This document shows, one piece after another, positions 36,046 to 47,100 of a stretch of 64,000 nucleotides of DNA. The notes beneath the pieces are model-generated. The model saw only the letters and a program-made list of their open reading frames with translations, did not search any database and was not told the DNA's origin. The stretch is taken from the NCBI GenBank assembly GCA_003427395.1, contig BFEA01000002.1:9227093-9291092 (forward strand), given 5' to 3'. Origin of the DNA: Chara braunii (lineage: Eukaryota; Plantae; Charophyceae). The position numbers and the translations under genes were made by a program. Numbering within the stretch: position 1 is the first letter of the stretch; each line of letters opens with the position of its first letter.

Positions 36046-36358
36046 GGGAGAAGGCCTTACCTAGCAGCGATGACGAGCGACGCGACAGCCAACAGGTAAG
36101 TCTCCAACCCTGTGGTTGGCCTTATGGTGCTTCCATCGATAGGATGAGCAAAGTCGAATGAATCTTCCGCTAGATCGCGGGAAAATACATCCGGCACAGA
36201 CAGTGGTTGTTGTTGCTACGGCCATAGAGGCAGGTAAGTTTGTTTTATTTATTTGTTGTTGTTTTCTCTCTTTTTGGTTTCTCCCCACTCCCCGTTCGTG
36301 AGCCGATATTGCTCGACCAAACAGAGAGAACGAGGGAGGCTGAAAAGAAGAAAAACTA

Positions 36359-38559
36359 TTTGACTGGGGGATGAGAAGAGTCCCAGACAACTCTTTGGAG
36401 CGCTTCCTGGGTATGCAAGTGTCAATGGTCGATTGTGCTGAGTTCCAAGATCACCTCTTGGAACAGAAAGTGGTAACTCGAATTGCTAGCTGGAACAGGC
36501 CTTACCTTCACTGTTTATTCGGTCGTGCTCTCTTGATCTCCGCCTCAGCCTTTTCTGTCCTTTGGTACGTTCTGTCTGTTCACCTTATGGGAGAGGCAAC
36601 TGTTGGTCGGGTCAGAGCAAGAGCTAGGAAATTAATCTGGAAGCCTGAGGCTAGGGAGGACCAGGGCTGTCTGAATAAGGTAGCGTGGGACATTATCACC
36701 TACCCGAGGAAGGAAGGAGGTCTGGGCGTATTAGATCCAAAATTGCAGAACCTGGCATCCTTAGCGAAATGGCCAATTAAGGCGGCCTTAGGTCCTCCTG
36801 ATAGGCTATGGGTACAACTAGCGGAATATATCCTGTCTCTTATACACATCTAGATGTGTATAAGAGACAGGGCTAGGGAGGACCAGGGCTGTCTGAATAA
36901 GGTAGCGTGGGACATTATCACCTACCCGAGGAAGGAAGGAGGTCTGGGCGTATTAGATCCAAAATTGCAGAACCTGGCATCCTTAGCGAAATGGCCAATT
37001 AAGGCGGCCTTAGGTCCTCCTGATAGGCTATGGGTACAACTAGCGGAATATATCTTGGGTAAAGAATGAAATTTGTCCAATAGTTCTGATGTGTGGTCCT
37101 GCTTTTTGAGTGAGGCATTTGTAAATAGACGCCCAAAATCAGCCTTTTGGAGATCAGTCTTACGGGCTTGGAAACACCTTAAACCACCGTACTACTCAGA
37201 ACCCCAGTCCCTCACAGAGATTTTGAACGAGTGCCTGTTTGACAATCCGTACATATTGGATCGGAACGGCCTACCCTTTTCCGCTGCGGAAGGGCAAGGT
37301 CTCTTTGGCAGACGGTGGATGGAGAGGGGTATTTTTAGAGTGAGGGATATTAGGAAAGCTGACAATTTGGGCTGGATCTCTGAGCAGGAATTAAGGAGTC
37401 AACATCTGTACTTACGAATGGTACAAGGTGAATTGCACGCTCTGATTGAGGCTATCCCGACGCATTGGAAGACCCAATTGGACCAGAACGAGTTTTTGCA
37501 TGAAGGATGTTGGTATCTCACAACGGATCCCCTGCATGAGAACAGGGTCTGTAGGTTCTTGAAAAAAGAAGAAACGGGCGATAGGATGTTTCAGCTTTGG
37601 CTGCAAGAACCCTCATGGGAAGATTCGATTCCGCTAAGATTTGAAACGGAGGGAATCTTATCGCCCATACCGGAGCTGGTTCAGTGTGTGGTAAACGAGA
37701 ACTTGGATCAATATAAGGTAGCTCACCCGAGACTGTACTTGGCAGGAAAACCTGCCTCAGAGGTCAAATTGCATCCGCTTCGTTTAAGTTGGACCATGAA
37801 GATGACACAGGGGACGACCAACCTACAGTTGTTCCAGTATTCCCCTAGGTGGGGGGTGAGGATTCTCAGACAATATGCAAACTGCAAACCCTTTGATGCA
37901 ATAAGGAAGGCCAGAGGTAATCAGGCCTTGAAAAGCTATGCGGAAGAAGACTATGTGGCCCTCTGGCAGCTTTTACAAAAGCTTCCTTCGCAGCGCCTAG
38001 CTAGCCTACTATGGACCCAATCTCATTTGGTGATTCCTTCTGTGGTCTTTCTGGCAGGCAGGGGTATGGAAGTCTTTCTAAGTTGCTCCCAGTGTAAGTG
38101 GGAATGGGAAACTACTCGTCATTTATGGCTGGATTGCCCCTTTTCCAAATGGATCTGGTCCTGGTGGCACAAGCATTGGGCGGATCTCAAGCTCTCGGAT
38201 ATACAATGGTCTGACGACTATATTCTGGATGGAATCCATGTCTGTTCTAATAAGACAGGGGCTGCCGACTCCTACTTGGCTCAAGTTTTCAGAGCAGTGT
38301 TACTGCAGACCATCTGGAGGAAAGAAATAGCCATGTCTTTCGGCAAGAGCGCATTCCTGACGAAGTCCTGAAAACTCGTATTAAGGCCCAGTTTAGGCAA
38401 TGCATATGGGCGGACTGGTACAGGAAAGCGAAGGCCAGCACATCTCGGGTCGGGTCGAGGTGGTTTTGGAACACATGGGGTCTTAAGGGTAGACTGGTTA
38501 CTTAGGATGAGAGAGGGTTCCCCATAATTTCTACTTGGTTAGCCTTAGGGCCGCTGTAG
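36359..38559 (+). pseudogene. LINE ORF2 C-terminal half (post-RT region and zf-RVT-type CCHC finger)
   Basis: ERFLG..., KVAWDIITYPRKEGGLGVLD..QNLASLAKW, CSQC-x8-H-x4-C, then IWR/ERN across a frameshift near 38320. Stop at 37067-37069 and a further in-frame stop near 38503; also broken by the adapter artefact. Confidence 0.85.
36833..36870. other. Nextera mate-pair junction adapter - assembly artefact
   Basis: Same 38-mer, lying between identical 184-bp copies (36649-36832 = 36871-37054). Confidence 0.97.
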
Positions 38560-38877
38560 GCCCGTGGCATTACTGATACTTAAGCTATCTGTGGTTTTAG
38601 AGGATCTCTGGACTTGTAACCGTGTGAGGGTATCCTTTCCCTAGAGGGATTTAATTGTCGGGAGCCCCGTTTGTCTTTTGGTAATTAGTCAGCATATCTG
38701 CCTGTTTTGAGGCGAACTTTAACTTTTTTGCTTCGGAAGGTACATGGAGAAGGGACACTGGACCCGGCTTCCAGAAGCCTATAGCTGGGTAATGGCCCAA
38801 GCATGTTTGTACTGGGTTGAGTTGTAGGGGTGTGTTCCCGGGCCCCTGCAGTCCTTTGCAATACAAGTTTATCTTCC

Positions 38878-38915
<38 letters not shown>

Positions 38916-40064
38916 GGAAAAAAAAAAAAACGAGAAGCAAAAAAAAAAAAAACGAGGCAACTGCCTCGTGAGACTAAAAAGAACAGTCTTTTGATTGTGT
39001 GGGAGCAAGAAGAGCTCCCACTTCAATTTTAGGAGGATGGTTGTGGCCGCGAGATCTTAGATCTCACGGCTCACAGCGTGCGCGTGTGGGAAAGGGGACT
39101 GAGGGAGTGAGAGGGAGAAACGGGGTAGTTGGGAGGAGGAGGTCCTACTCCCAACCTGCCAACTGCCCTCCCCGTTTTCAGGGGAGGGCAGAGAAAAGTA
39201 AGGGAGGGTTGTTGCATGCAACAGCATGCACCTGGCCAAGGAAGAAGCCAGGTGTAGCAAAAATTAGAAAGTTAGTTTTTTTTCTTTTCTTTTCTCTATT
39301 TTGAGTGAGGACACTTGTCCTCACGTCGTGCTACCTCTAGCACAAGCTGCCAGAGGTAACTGTCAGGCTCCCGTTTTTGCAGGGAGCCTGGAAATTAAAG
39401 GGTCACTAAGGAAAAGGCTAGATACAACCTTTTCCTCGATGTATCTGCCCTAGAAAAAGGGTCCAGATACATAAAACTGAAAAGGGTTGTATCTTTTCAA
39501 CCCCTTATCAGAAAAATAAAAGAAAAACCGATTTGGAAATGGCACGAGCCCAGCTATATCGCCAGATTCCGAGATAGCTGGGGAAAAAGAAAAGAAAAAG
39601 AAAATAGGGCAGTTAAAGAAACTGCCCCACACTAAGGTTGTAGCTGTGGTGCGGCCACAGTCAGCCCTGGATCTTGGCAGATCAAGGGCTCACAGTAAGC
39701 CCGCGATTTTGCCTGGGGGCTGGAGTGACGTCCAGCCTTCCTCAGCCAATATAAAAAAGGCAGCTGCCTCCCAGCTGCCACACAATTGCACTCATGCTGC
39801 CAGTGTGTGACGAGCACACTTGAGTGCTGGCTGCTGAAGCTGCTGCCCGAGGCAATGTGAGGAGGAGTTGGAGGACTGCAGAGGAGCACCAGGAGGAGGA
39901 CTGGGCAGCCTTAGCCAAGGCAGGGAGCACTCTGCTCCCTTCACCTCTGGCTGGTGCTGGTCCCACGGGACAGACCCAGTAGTACGGCGGGACTGCAGCA
40001 GTGCGGCGCTGTGGGATTTCGGCCTGGGGCCCAAATTTTACTAATTTTGGCTTGCAATTTTTTC

Positions 40065-40375
40065 ACTATAGTGGAGAAGTGCTGCCAAAATTTTACAGCG
40101 GCGGCCCCGGGTTTTACTGCGGTAGTGCGGAAGTGCTGCTGAAATTCTGTAGCGGCAGCACGAGTTTTTTTTGCAGTGGTGAGAAAGCGCTGCCGGATTT
40201 TCGCAGCGGTAGTTCTGTTTTTTTCAGAGGTGGTGCGGAAGCGCTGCCGGGTTTTCTCGGCGGCGGTTCTGTTTTTTTCAGCAGTGGTGCGGAAGCGCTG
40301 CCGGATTTTTTCGGCGGAAACCCCACTTTTTTACAGCGGTAGTGCGGGAGCGCTGCTGGAATTTTTTTTAGCGGC
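40065..40375 (+). repeat. Short-period repeat with core GGAAGCGCTGCCGGATTTT in element B
   Basis: About 6 cores (near 40075, 40129, 40183, 40237, 40291, 40347), 54-bp period. Confidence 0.8.
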
Positions 40376-41539
40376 GTCAGTATTATATTCTTGCAAGTGA
40401 TGGCGGTATTTTACGACAGTAACGACAGTATTTGTGCAGTAGGTGGTGGTGGAACATTGGCGCAGTGGAGGTACGTCAAAGCGGTAGTTTCATTTTGAAG
40501 TGGCGTGAGGGTGACGTCGGGGAGATGTCGTACTTTGGACGCAAGCGGCAGTAACAAGAAAACGCCACCAGGATTATTGGAAAGTGATTGAGTGCTGAAA
40601 GGGTGTCCTGGTAGGCGGTCGTCACAAGAGAGTAGTGTCGATCACTTTGGTAACGACTGGGTACAACAACCTTCGCGCCAGGAGAGCGTAAATTTTATAC
40701 GGTCTTCTTGGGTGTACCGTTAAAACTTCACTCAAGGTCAGTTAAATTGACTCAATTCCCTTCACACCGGAGTGAACCCACACTTGCTTTGACCTGTTTT
40801 TACTGAATGTTCATTAAAAAAGGGAAGAGAATGTGTGCGTTTGCGTGTATGACAGGGAGTCTGACAATGAAAAAGGATTGCATGGTGGTCTGTGTGTCGT
40901 TGGGTTTTGACTGCAGGTACGGCGTGTGGGCTGTAATGGATGATGGTGATGATGGTGAAAGGATGGTTGTCTTCTCATTTCTATGCTTATGGATGTGTGT
41001 AAACTAAAGTGAAAAGAAGACGATAAAAAAATAAGCGACCACAAGCATAGAATTTCCTCGTCCGCTGGGTAGGTAATTTTTTTTTTTTCTATGAGGCATC
41101 TGGGGCGGGGGTTCGTTGCCTTAGGGGCGAACCCTGTTATCGACTCAGAGTGGACCGCTTTGCGGGGGGGTACCATCTCGATTCGGTGGAGACGGCCCGA
41201 CTCATGAGATCCGAGTCTTGTGCTCGGGCGAGGAGGAGGCAGACCACCTCCTAGGGGGATGGACAAAAGTGTCTGCACGGGCGGACTTAAGGTTCTTGGT
41301 GCCTTACACAAGGAGGAACTGCCATAGCATTCCTTTGTTGACCATTTTAGGAGCCACTGACGTATGGGGAACTGGTGCCACAAGTAGCCTAGTTCGTGTG
41401 CTACTAGCCAAACGGGGTGTATTTAGACGCTCCAGACGTGGCTGGTCATGCCATAAGAAGCACGGGCCAGAAGGAAGACAAATGTTTTAAGTGATACTTA
41501 GTTTTAACTTTATCACATTCGTCTTCCTTTTTCTTTCAG

Positions 41540-42706
41540 ATGGCTATGGGATCCACAGGCTTATTCTTTTTCAACAATCGTGACGCGGCGGCGGAGAGAG
41601 TTGAACTCCAAAGGCGTGATGGAGTGAGGGTAGAAAGGGTAGGCCGACTTATTTATAATCCGTCAGAATTATATTCTGAGGAGGACGTTCCGCGATTTTG
41701 GGATGGTAGTGCGCAGAGACCCCCAAGGCGACTTGTTTTCAGAGGAGATAACGGCTTGGATATTCTTCATTACGAATTCGCACCGCCATCGCCCGAACGT
41801 CACTTCGTTAATATGAACTTGGTGATATTGCAGCCATACGAACTCAATACACGGGTGAGCGAGATCCCTTAAATAAGGTTGACATTTATTCGTTACGTGT
41901 TTTGGCTAAATGAGCGACAAGGGCCGTTCTTTGGCATATACTACACAGAGCGGATTCGTGTCAATAGGTTCGCTATTATAGGAGCCGAAGCATTATATGA
42001 TAATGACTTGAAAAATGAAGCTGAAAAACTCGAGGAGTTTTTACGCGACTAATTTGGATTCGTTCTGATATGCATATGCCTGGAGCACGATGAGACTTGA
42101 CAATCCCGAGGTATCTGCTGGTTCGCGATACACATGAGGTTGATCTTATCAGAGGAGCGGTGCAACTTTTACGGTTTCAAGACCATTCTCCTTCTGCATG
42201 GATTGACTTCATCAGGCTACTAGGCCACGGCGAGGGATTTTTTCCGACTACTCGCGTGGATTTCCGGGCAAATACGGCCCGGAATCAAGATGAGTTTTTT
42301 GGATATACCTTGTATTTCCATCACGCGAGTAATCTCCAATGTCTCTCACGAGTCATTGTGAGTATCACGATTACCTCGTCGGGCAGACGTTTCGGCGTCA
42401 TCCGAATCCGGGATACTGAGACCAGACACTTGTTTGGACTCAGTCGGCCTTTCAGAGTCATAGTGTGGAGACTAGCCTCACAGATGGTCTCCCTATATGG
42501 TACTCAGATTTTTAGAGTCATGCGAAGAGGGCGAGCGACAACCCTGGTACTTGACGACGACGAACGTGCGCGTTTGGATTTGTTGGAGACGCAGGTGTGT
42601 GGAGGACGACAGATATACCAGGGTTAGACGCCGCTTTCTAGAAATCTTACTCAGATTCCATAAAACCTCTTTGCATAGACCAAATCCCTTCGAGGAAGTC
42701 ATATGA
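41540..42706 (+). pseudogene. Decayed ~385-codon ORF of unknown family carried by element B
   Basis: The ATG follows a polypyrimidine+TTTCAG acceptor. The frame reads on through two isolated TAA stops (41870 and ~42050), shifts into ORF 42097-42627, and returns to the first frame for the C-terminus ending 42706. Composition is complex and protein-like. Confidence 0.55.
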
Positions 42707-43180
42707 TTATGACTTCACGATGTAATCTAAAAAAGAAACAAAAACAAAAACAAAACACTCTGTGTAGTTAGGACCGCCGGATGGATAGTATTCGGACTAC
42801 CCCGATGATTTCACTATCATGCTTTGGCATTGAGGAGTAAATACATAGGTAAGGAAAAAGTTAATAAAAGTAAGCCGAAAGGCGTCTGAAATATGATCTT
42901 GAAAGGCAAATAAATTTAAACGTCAACTTATAAAATAAGCTTGCTATATTAACAACGAGAAGAAAAATCATAAGCATGACCTCTTTTCATCAGACCAAAA
43001 CCTATCAAAAAGTTGTGCTATAATTGTCAAGTTGGATGATTGAAAAAATAACTTTATGTGTATTCTTTTGTGATTTTCGTTTGAATAAATTATAGATATA
43101 TCTATGTTTGTATGTAGAAACTGAAAGCAAGGGACGAAGGTGAAATTGTTGTTTGTCTTTATACTTTATTAAAAACCGCT

Positions 43181-43632
43181 CTAGTCGACCGGCGTACGCT
43201 TCATCCTTAGGAGATCAGCGCCCTAAGTGACGCACGACGTCCGGGTCCAACAGGCGTTTAATCACGTATACCTATACTATAGCGTACAAGCAAACGCCCT
43301 CGGCTGATCAACCTCTGTGATAGCATTTAAAAGCTTTCGTATGTGGATCGGTAGCTTGGTAGGGATACGCCCCTAAGGGTGGTGACAGCCCCTTAGGGAA
43401 GACAAGCTCATGCCCCTCGGAAACCTATCCTGCCGTAGGCGACCGCAGGAAGTACAGTTGGCGCACCCGGCTAGAGCGGCGAAGGATCTACGCGACCACG
43501 CACCCGTCTCGGCGGCTCGCGGGATTAATTATGCGAAGCTTCCGAGTTGTCTCTCTTTTTGTTTTCTGGTTTTTCTCCTGCGTGACATGGCTGGGAGGGC
43601 CCTCGTTCACACGAGGGCCGATGCGCTCGACA
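43181..43632 (+). ncRNA. Putative structured RNA module at element right end (copy 6, B)
   Basis: CCCTAAGGG-TG[GTGA]CAG-CCCCTTAGGG, GGCT[GGGA]GGGCC, perfect terminal hairpin GGCCCTCGT-TCAC-ACGAGGGCC, then GATGCGCTCGACA. Confidence 0.65.
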
Positions 43633-44146
43633 TCGCCATCATTACAATTGTATATTTTTTTATTCATTTTCGTCTGTTGTAATTTATAAGTGCATAACCA
43701 TGTGAAGAGCGAAAAATGGCATGCCAACGAGGATAACAACGTCAACAATCGCATTAATCACGAAATTCATATGCTACATCCACACGAAAAATGATGAAGC
43801 AATTCATACTCTGCGTATCAAAACTTTTTATTTATCTTGAGTCAATGATAAGGACATGTATCCGTTAGTCGATACATGTGGATACTTTCATGGGGCCTAA
43901 CCGCACCTTTGGAACCTGATACACGACAGATCGTGAATCAGTTGATGAAGAGCACAACGCCTACAGTACTTCGTTCCTAGGGATGAAGTGAATTGGCGAA
44001 TATCAGAAGAGAAATCACTTACGATATCGTCCGAAAATTTTGAAGCACAACAGGGTTGCCCTATCCATACATGACTGTAAGAGATCATTTCGATAGAGAG
44101 CGAGAGGAAATGAGAAAGAAAATCATAGAAGATTTATCATGGGCGC

Positions 44147-47100
44147 TGTCGGCGCGAATACCCTTACAAGGGTATCCTCCCTGACTTTTGCAAGTGCCAG
44201 AAAATAACTTTGGTTTAAAGTCCGCACTAGGCGCGGTTGTGTCTATGATTACGTTGACTGGGTGGTTGACTACAATAGAGAGTGCGTGAGCACGCAGGTT
44301 TAAGGCGCACGTGATTCTTTTCTGTTGTTGATCATAAAGCCGGCACGGACGCCGGTCGGCTCGTTTTTATTTTGTCTTTATTTTTATTTATTCTTGGTTA
44401 GACTAGGATTTAAATATATTTGTCCTTAGTCGGTATGTTTGACTGAATTACGCGTGCGTACGGAGGATGGCATTAACGACGACAGTTGCGGTTTTGTGCG
44501 GTAATCGGAGAGTGCGGGGGAGCGACGACCAGGCGCGGCCCCCAAGGCCTGGGCATGTGCAGCGTCAAGGTCTAATGCTGTCCTCACCGCCACTTGCGTT
44601 TTTTGCTGTAAGGACGTCTTTATGCCAGTCGCCATCGCGGGACCCCCTCCACAAGGCCCCGTTGAGTAACTGCTACCACCACCAGGATCCGCAGTAGGGC
44701 CGAATTATCTAGGCCCCACGCTTTAGGCATGAACAACAGGGCCGCACCTTGATCCCAAGGTCTGCTGCCAAGGGCATGGGTGTGAGTATGCCCGTTGGGG
44801 CCCTGAACAGTCAGAGCGGGCCAGCGGCCTGAGCTTTTCGGGGGGTCTGCTAAAAGTTGGGATGACACGGAGAAGATTTGCAGGATCGTGACGTAGGCAT
44901 GATGCAGGCAAAATCCGGGATTGAACCCAGACGTGAACCGAGCCACGTGGTGGCGAAAGACCTATCACACTACCTAGAAGCCGGTTCCTCTGAAGTTCCC
45001 CGTGGGGGAGCAGGAGAGGCCGCTGGTCGACGACGGTCCTTCGGGACATCCGTTAAAATTGGAACGGTAGTGAGAAGATTAGCATGGCCCGCGGGGTGAC
45101 ATGCCTAAATTATGGAAGGGGGGGGTGTACCTGCCCGAACCCGGCCTTATAAGAGGGTCGGATCCGTACACAATAGCGCGAGGCGAGGAGGCGGTTAGGT
45201 CGTTCGGGCCGCGAAGAGCCGTGGGGCGCTGCCGAGGCCGAGGTCCTTCGGGACATCCGCTACGACTGGAGCGATACAGAGAAGATCAGTACGGTCCGTG
45301 CGCAAGGGCGGCCCGTATAAGTGGAGGCCGGCCCGACGGCCGAACGCTTTGCTCAGCATTCAGTAGTCCGTCGGGCTGCGTAGTTCGGGACGTCAGCGGC
45401 GATCGGAGTAGATCAGCAGCGGGGACAAGGGAAGAATGGACCCGGACGGGGGAGTACGTAAGGTGCATGCAGAAGGCGAACGGGCTGTGCGGGCGCTGTC
45501 GGGCTGAGGGAGGCGAGTGCAGATCGGGAATGGAGGAGAAACGGACAGGGGGGGAAGAGGCGGATGAATCTGGCCGCAAAGTCGCACCAGATGCGTGCGG
45601 AGATGAGGGATGGCTATGGCAAGATTAGAATGCTGAATATGCCATATCCTTGACCGATTTAGGCGGGAGAAGAGCGGAGTCTAGGGTTTCTAGATAAGGT
45701 GAACCTGATTCCAAAGTCAGTTTTAGCATAGAGTTAGTGAGATAGGAGTTGGGAGAGAAACGTGTGCGCGGACAGATGGCGAAGGTAACTACAGTAGGAG
45801 CAAAAGTTATGTAACTCACCCGTTTCTTAATGAAAACGGGCGAGTAAAGATCCGTTTCGGGGGTTGTTGGGCACTGCGAATCGATTGGTAGAGGAAGTTT
45901 GATGGTGGGAGGAGTGTGAGTAGAGTTAGTAAGAAGAAGCACTGCGTGGAGCTATGGCGGAGGGGGGGGGAGAAAGTGAGAGAACCACTCGATTCTTGAT
46001 GGAATCGAGTGGGGAGAAACACGAAATAGGGGGGTTTTGGTATTTTGCACTTAGTAGTAGTGTTAGATTTGTGCCTGAGTGGTTAGTTCTGGCGGCCTAA
46101 CTAGCAGGTTGTGCGTCGAGGTATGGTGGAAGAGGCGAATGGCGGTAGAGAGGGAATCGAGAAACCACTCGACTCTTGATGGAATCGAGTGGGCTAATGG
46201 TCGAAGTAGAGGTTTGCGGATGGGGCGAGGTTAATGGCAGTGTTAGTTTTAGTGATAGGTTAATAAGTTGGAAGTTAGTTAGAGGATAGGCTGCGCTAGA
46301 GGCGAAAACAGAGAAATGTCGGATGTATTTGTCCACGTTTAGGCGAAAGGTTCATTCGTTCTTGCCCAGTCGATCGGTGGTAGTAGCGGGAGTGCGCCGC
46401 AGGGTCGGAGACTTACCATTTTGGCCGATATGTTGCTCATTCTATCAAGGGAGGCCAGAGGAGGCGGCTGCGATGTTAGAGATTTACCCGCCCACCAGCA
46501 CGTCACTTGTCCTAGAAGGTGCACCTGGCCACGATCTAGCGGCCGATCCATTCGAGTTTGTCCCCTGCCATGAGTGAGGGTAGCACGAGGCCCACTACAG
46601 GCTGAAGGATCACCAGTTGGTCAGGAAGCCGGCCGCTCGGTTAGCAGAGGCAGCTAAGTGGGGGATAAGAGGGAATTGCCTGCAGCTGGAGAAGAGAAAG
46701 CGAGATTGGGGGCACCAATATGACGATGTACCTTCCCGCCCTCAAGTGGAAGGTTCATTTTCAATCTGCACGCTGGGTTAGATGTCTGCGTGTCTGGCCT
46801 TAGTATAGGTCGGGTGTTGTTTCTGAAGTAATACCGACCTCGATATTGCTACCTCTTGGTCGACTCGACCGTGGCTACCTACTTTTGGAGCTCTGCCTAT
46901 GATGTATCACTCCGTGTTTCGGCGGTAGGTACATTCGATCCTTGCCAACCTCGTCCGTAAAAGAGGCTGCAGGTTGGCGGCGAAGCTAGAGACTTACCTG
47001 TCTGACTGGTATACTACAACTGCTAAGGGACCGGCCGGCTATTAGGCCTATCAAGGAGGGGCAACTGGGAGCGAGCTGCAAGGCAGTGCGCAGGCCTGCA

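Larger units (their letters stand above)
36359..38901 (+). mobile_element. 5'-truncated L1/Tx1-clade LINE inserted in element B
   Basis: C-terminal ORF2 motifs, a 3' UTR and a poly-A tail from 38878. Candidate TSD AAAAACTA at 36351-36358 and 38902-38909. Confidence 0.88.
34667..43632 (+). mobile_element. TGTCG...CGACA-family element, copy B (~6.2 kb after removing the LINE and adapter duplication)
   Basis: Boundaries fixed by the interrupted 334-bp repeat: AAAATCGA|TGTCGAG ... CTCGACA|TCGCCATC. Left end (ACCCT.ACAAGGGTATC..CCCTG) matches D2 at 44147. Confidence 0.85.

Noticed and set aside
41540-43632. Fanzor/TnpB or IscB locus
   Set aside because: The ORF-RNA-end layout is suggestive, but no RuvC I/II/III, HNH or CxxC motif is visible in the reconstructed protein.
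43590-43632. Helitron 3' end (subterminal hairpin)
   Set aside because: Ends are CGACA with an inverted TGTCG start and a CG-centred target, not TC...CTRR inserted in AT.
45625-45942. Minus-strand ORF sharing PRTRFS with D1 (positions ~50-70)
   Set aside because: The match is short, explained by nucleotide homology, and the D1 frame hits a stop within a few codons.
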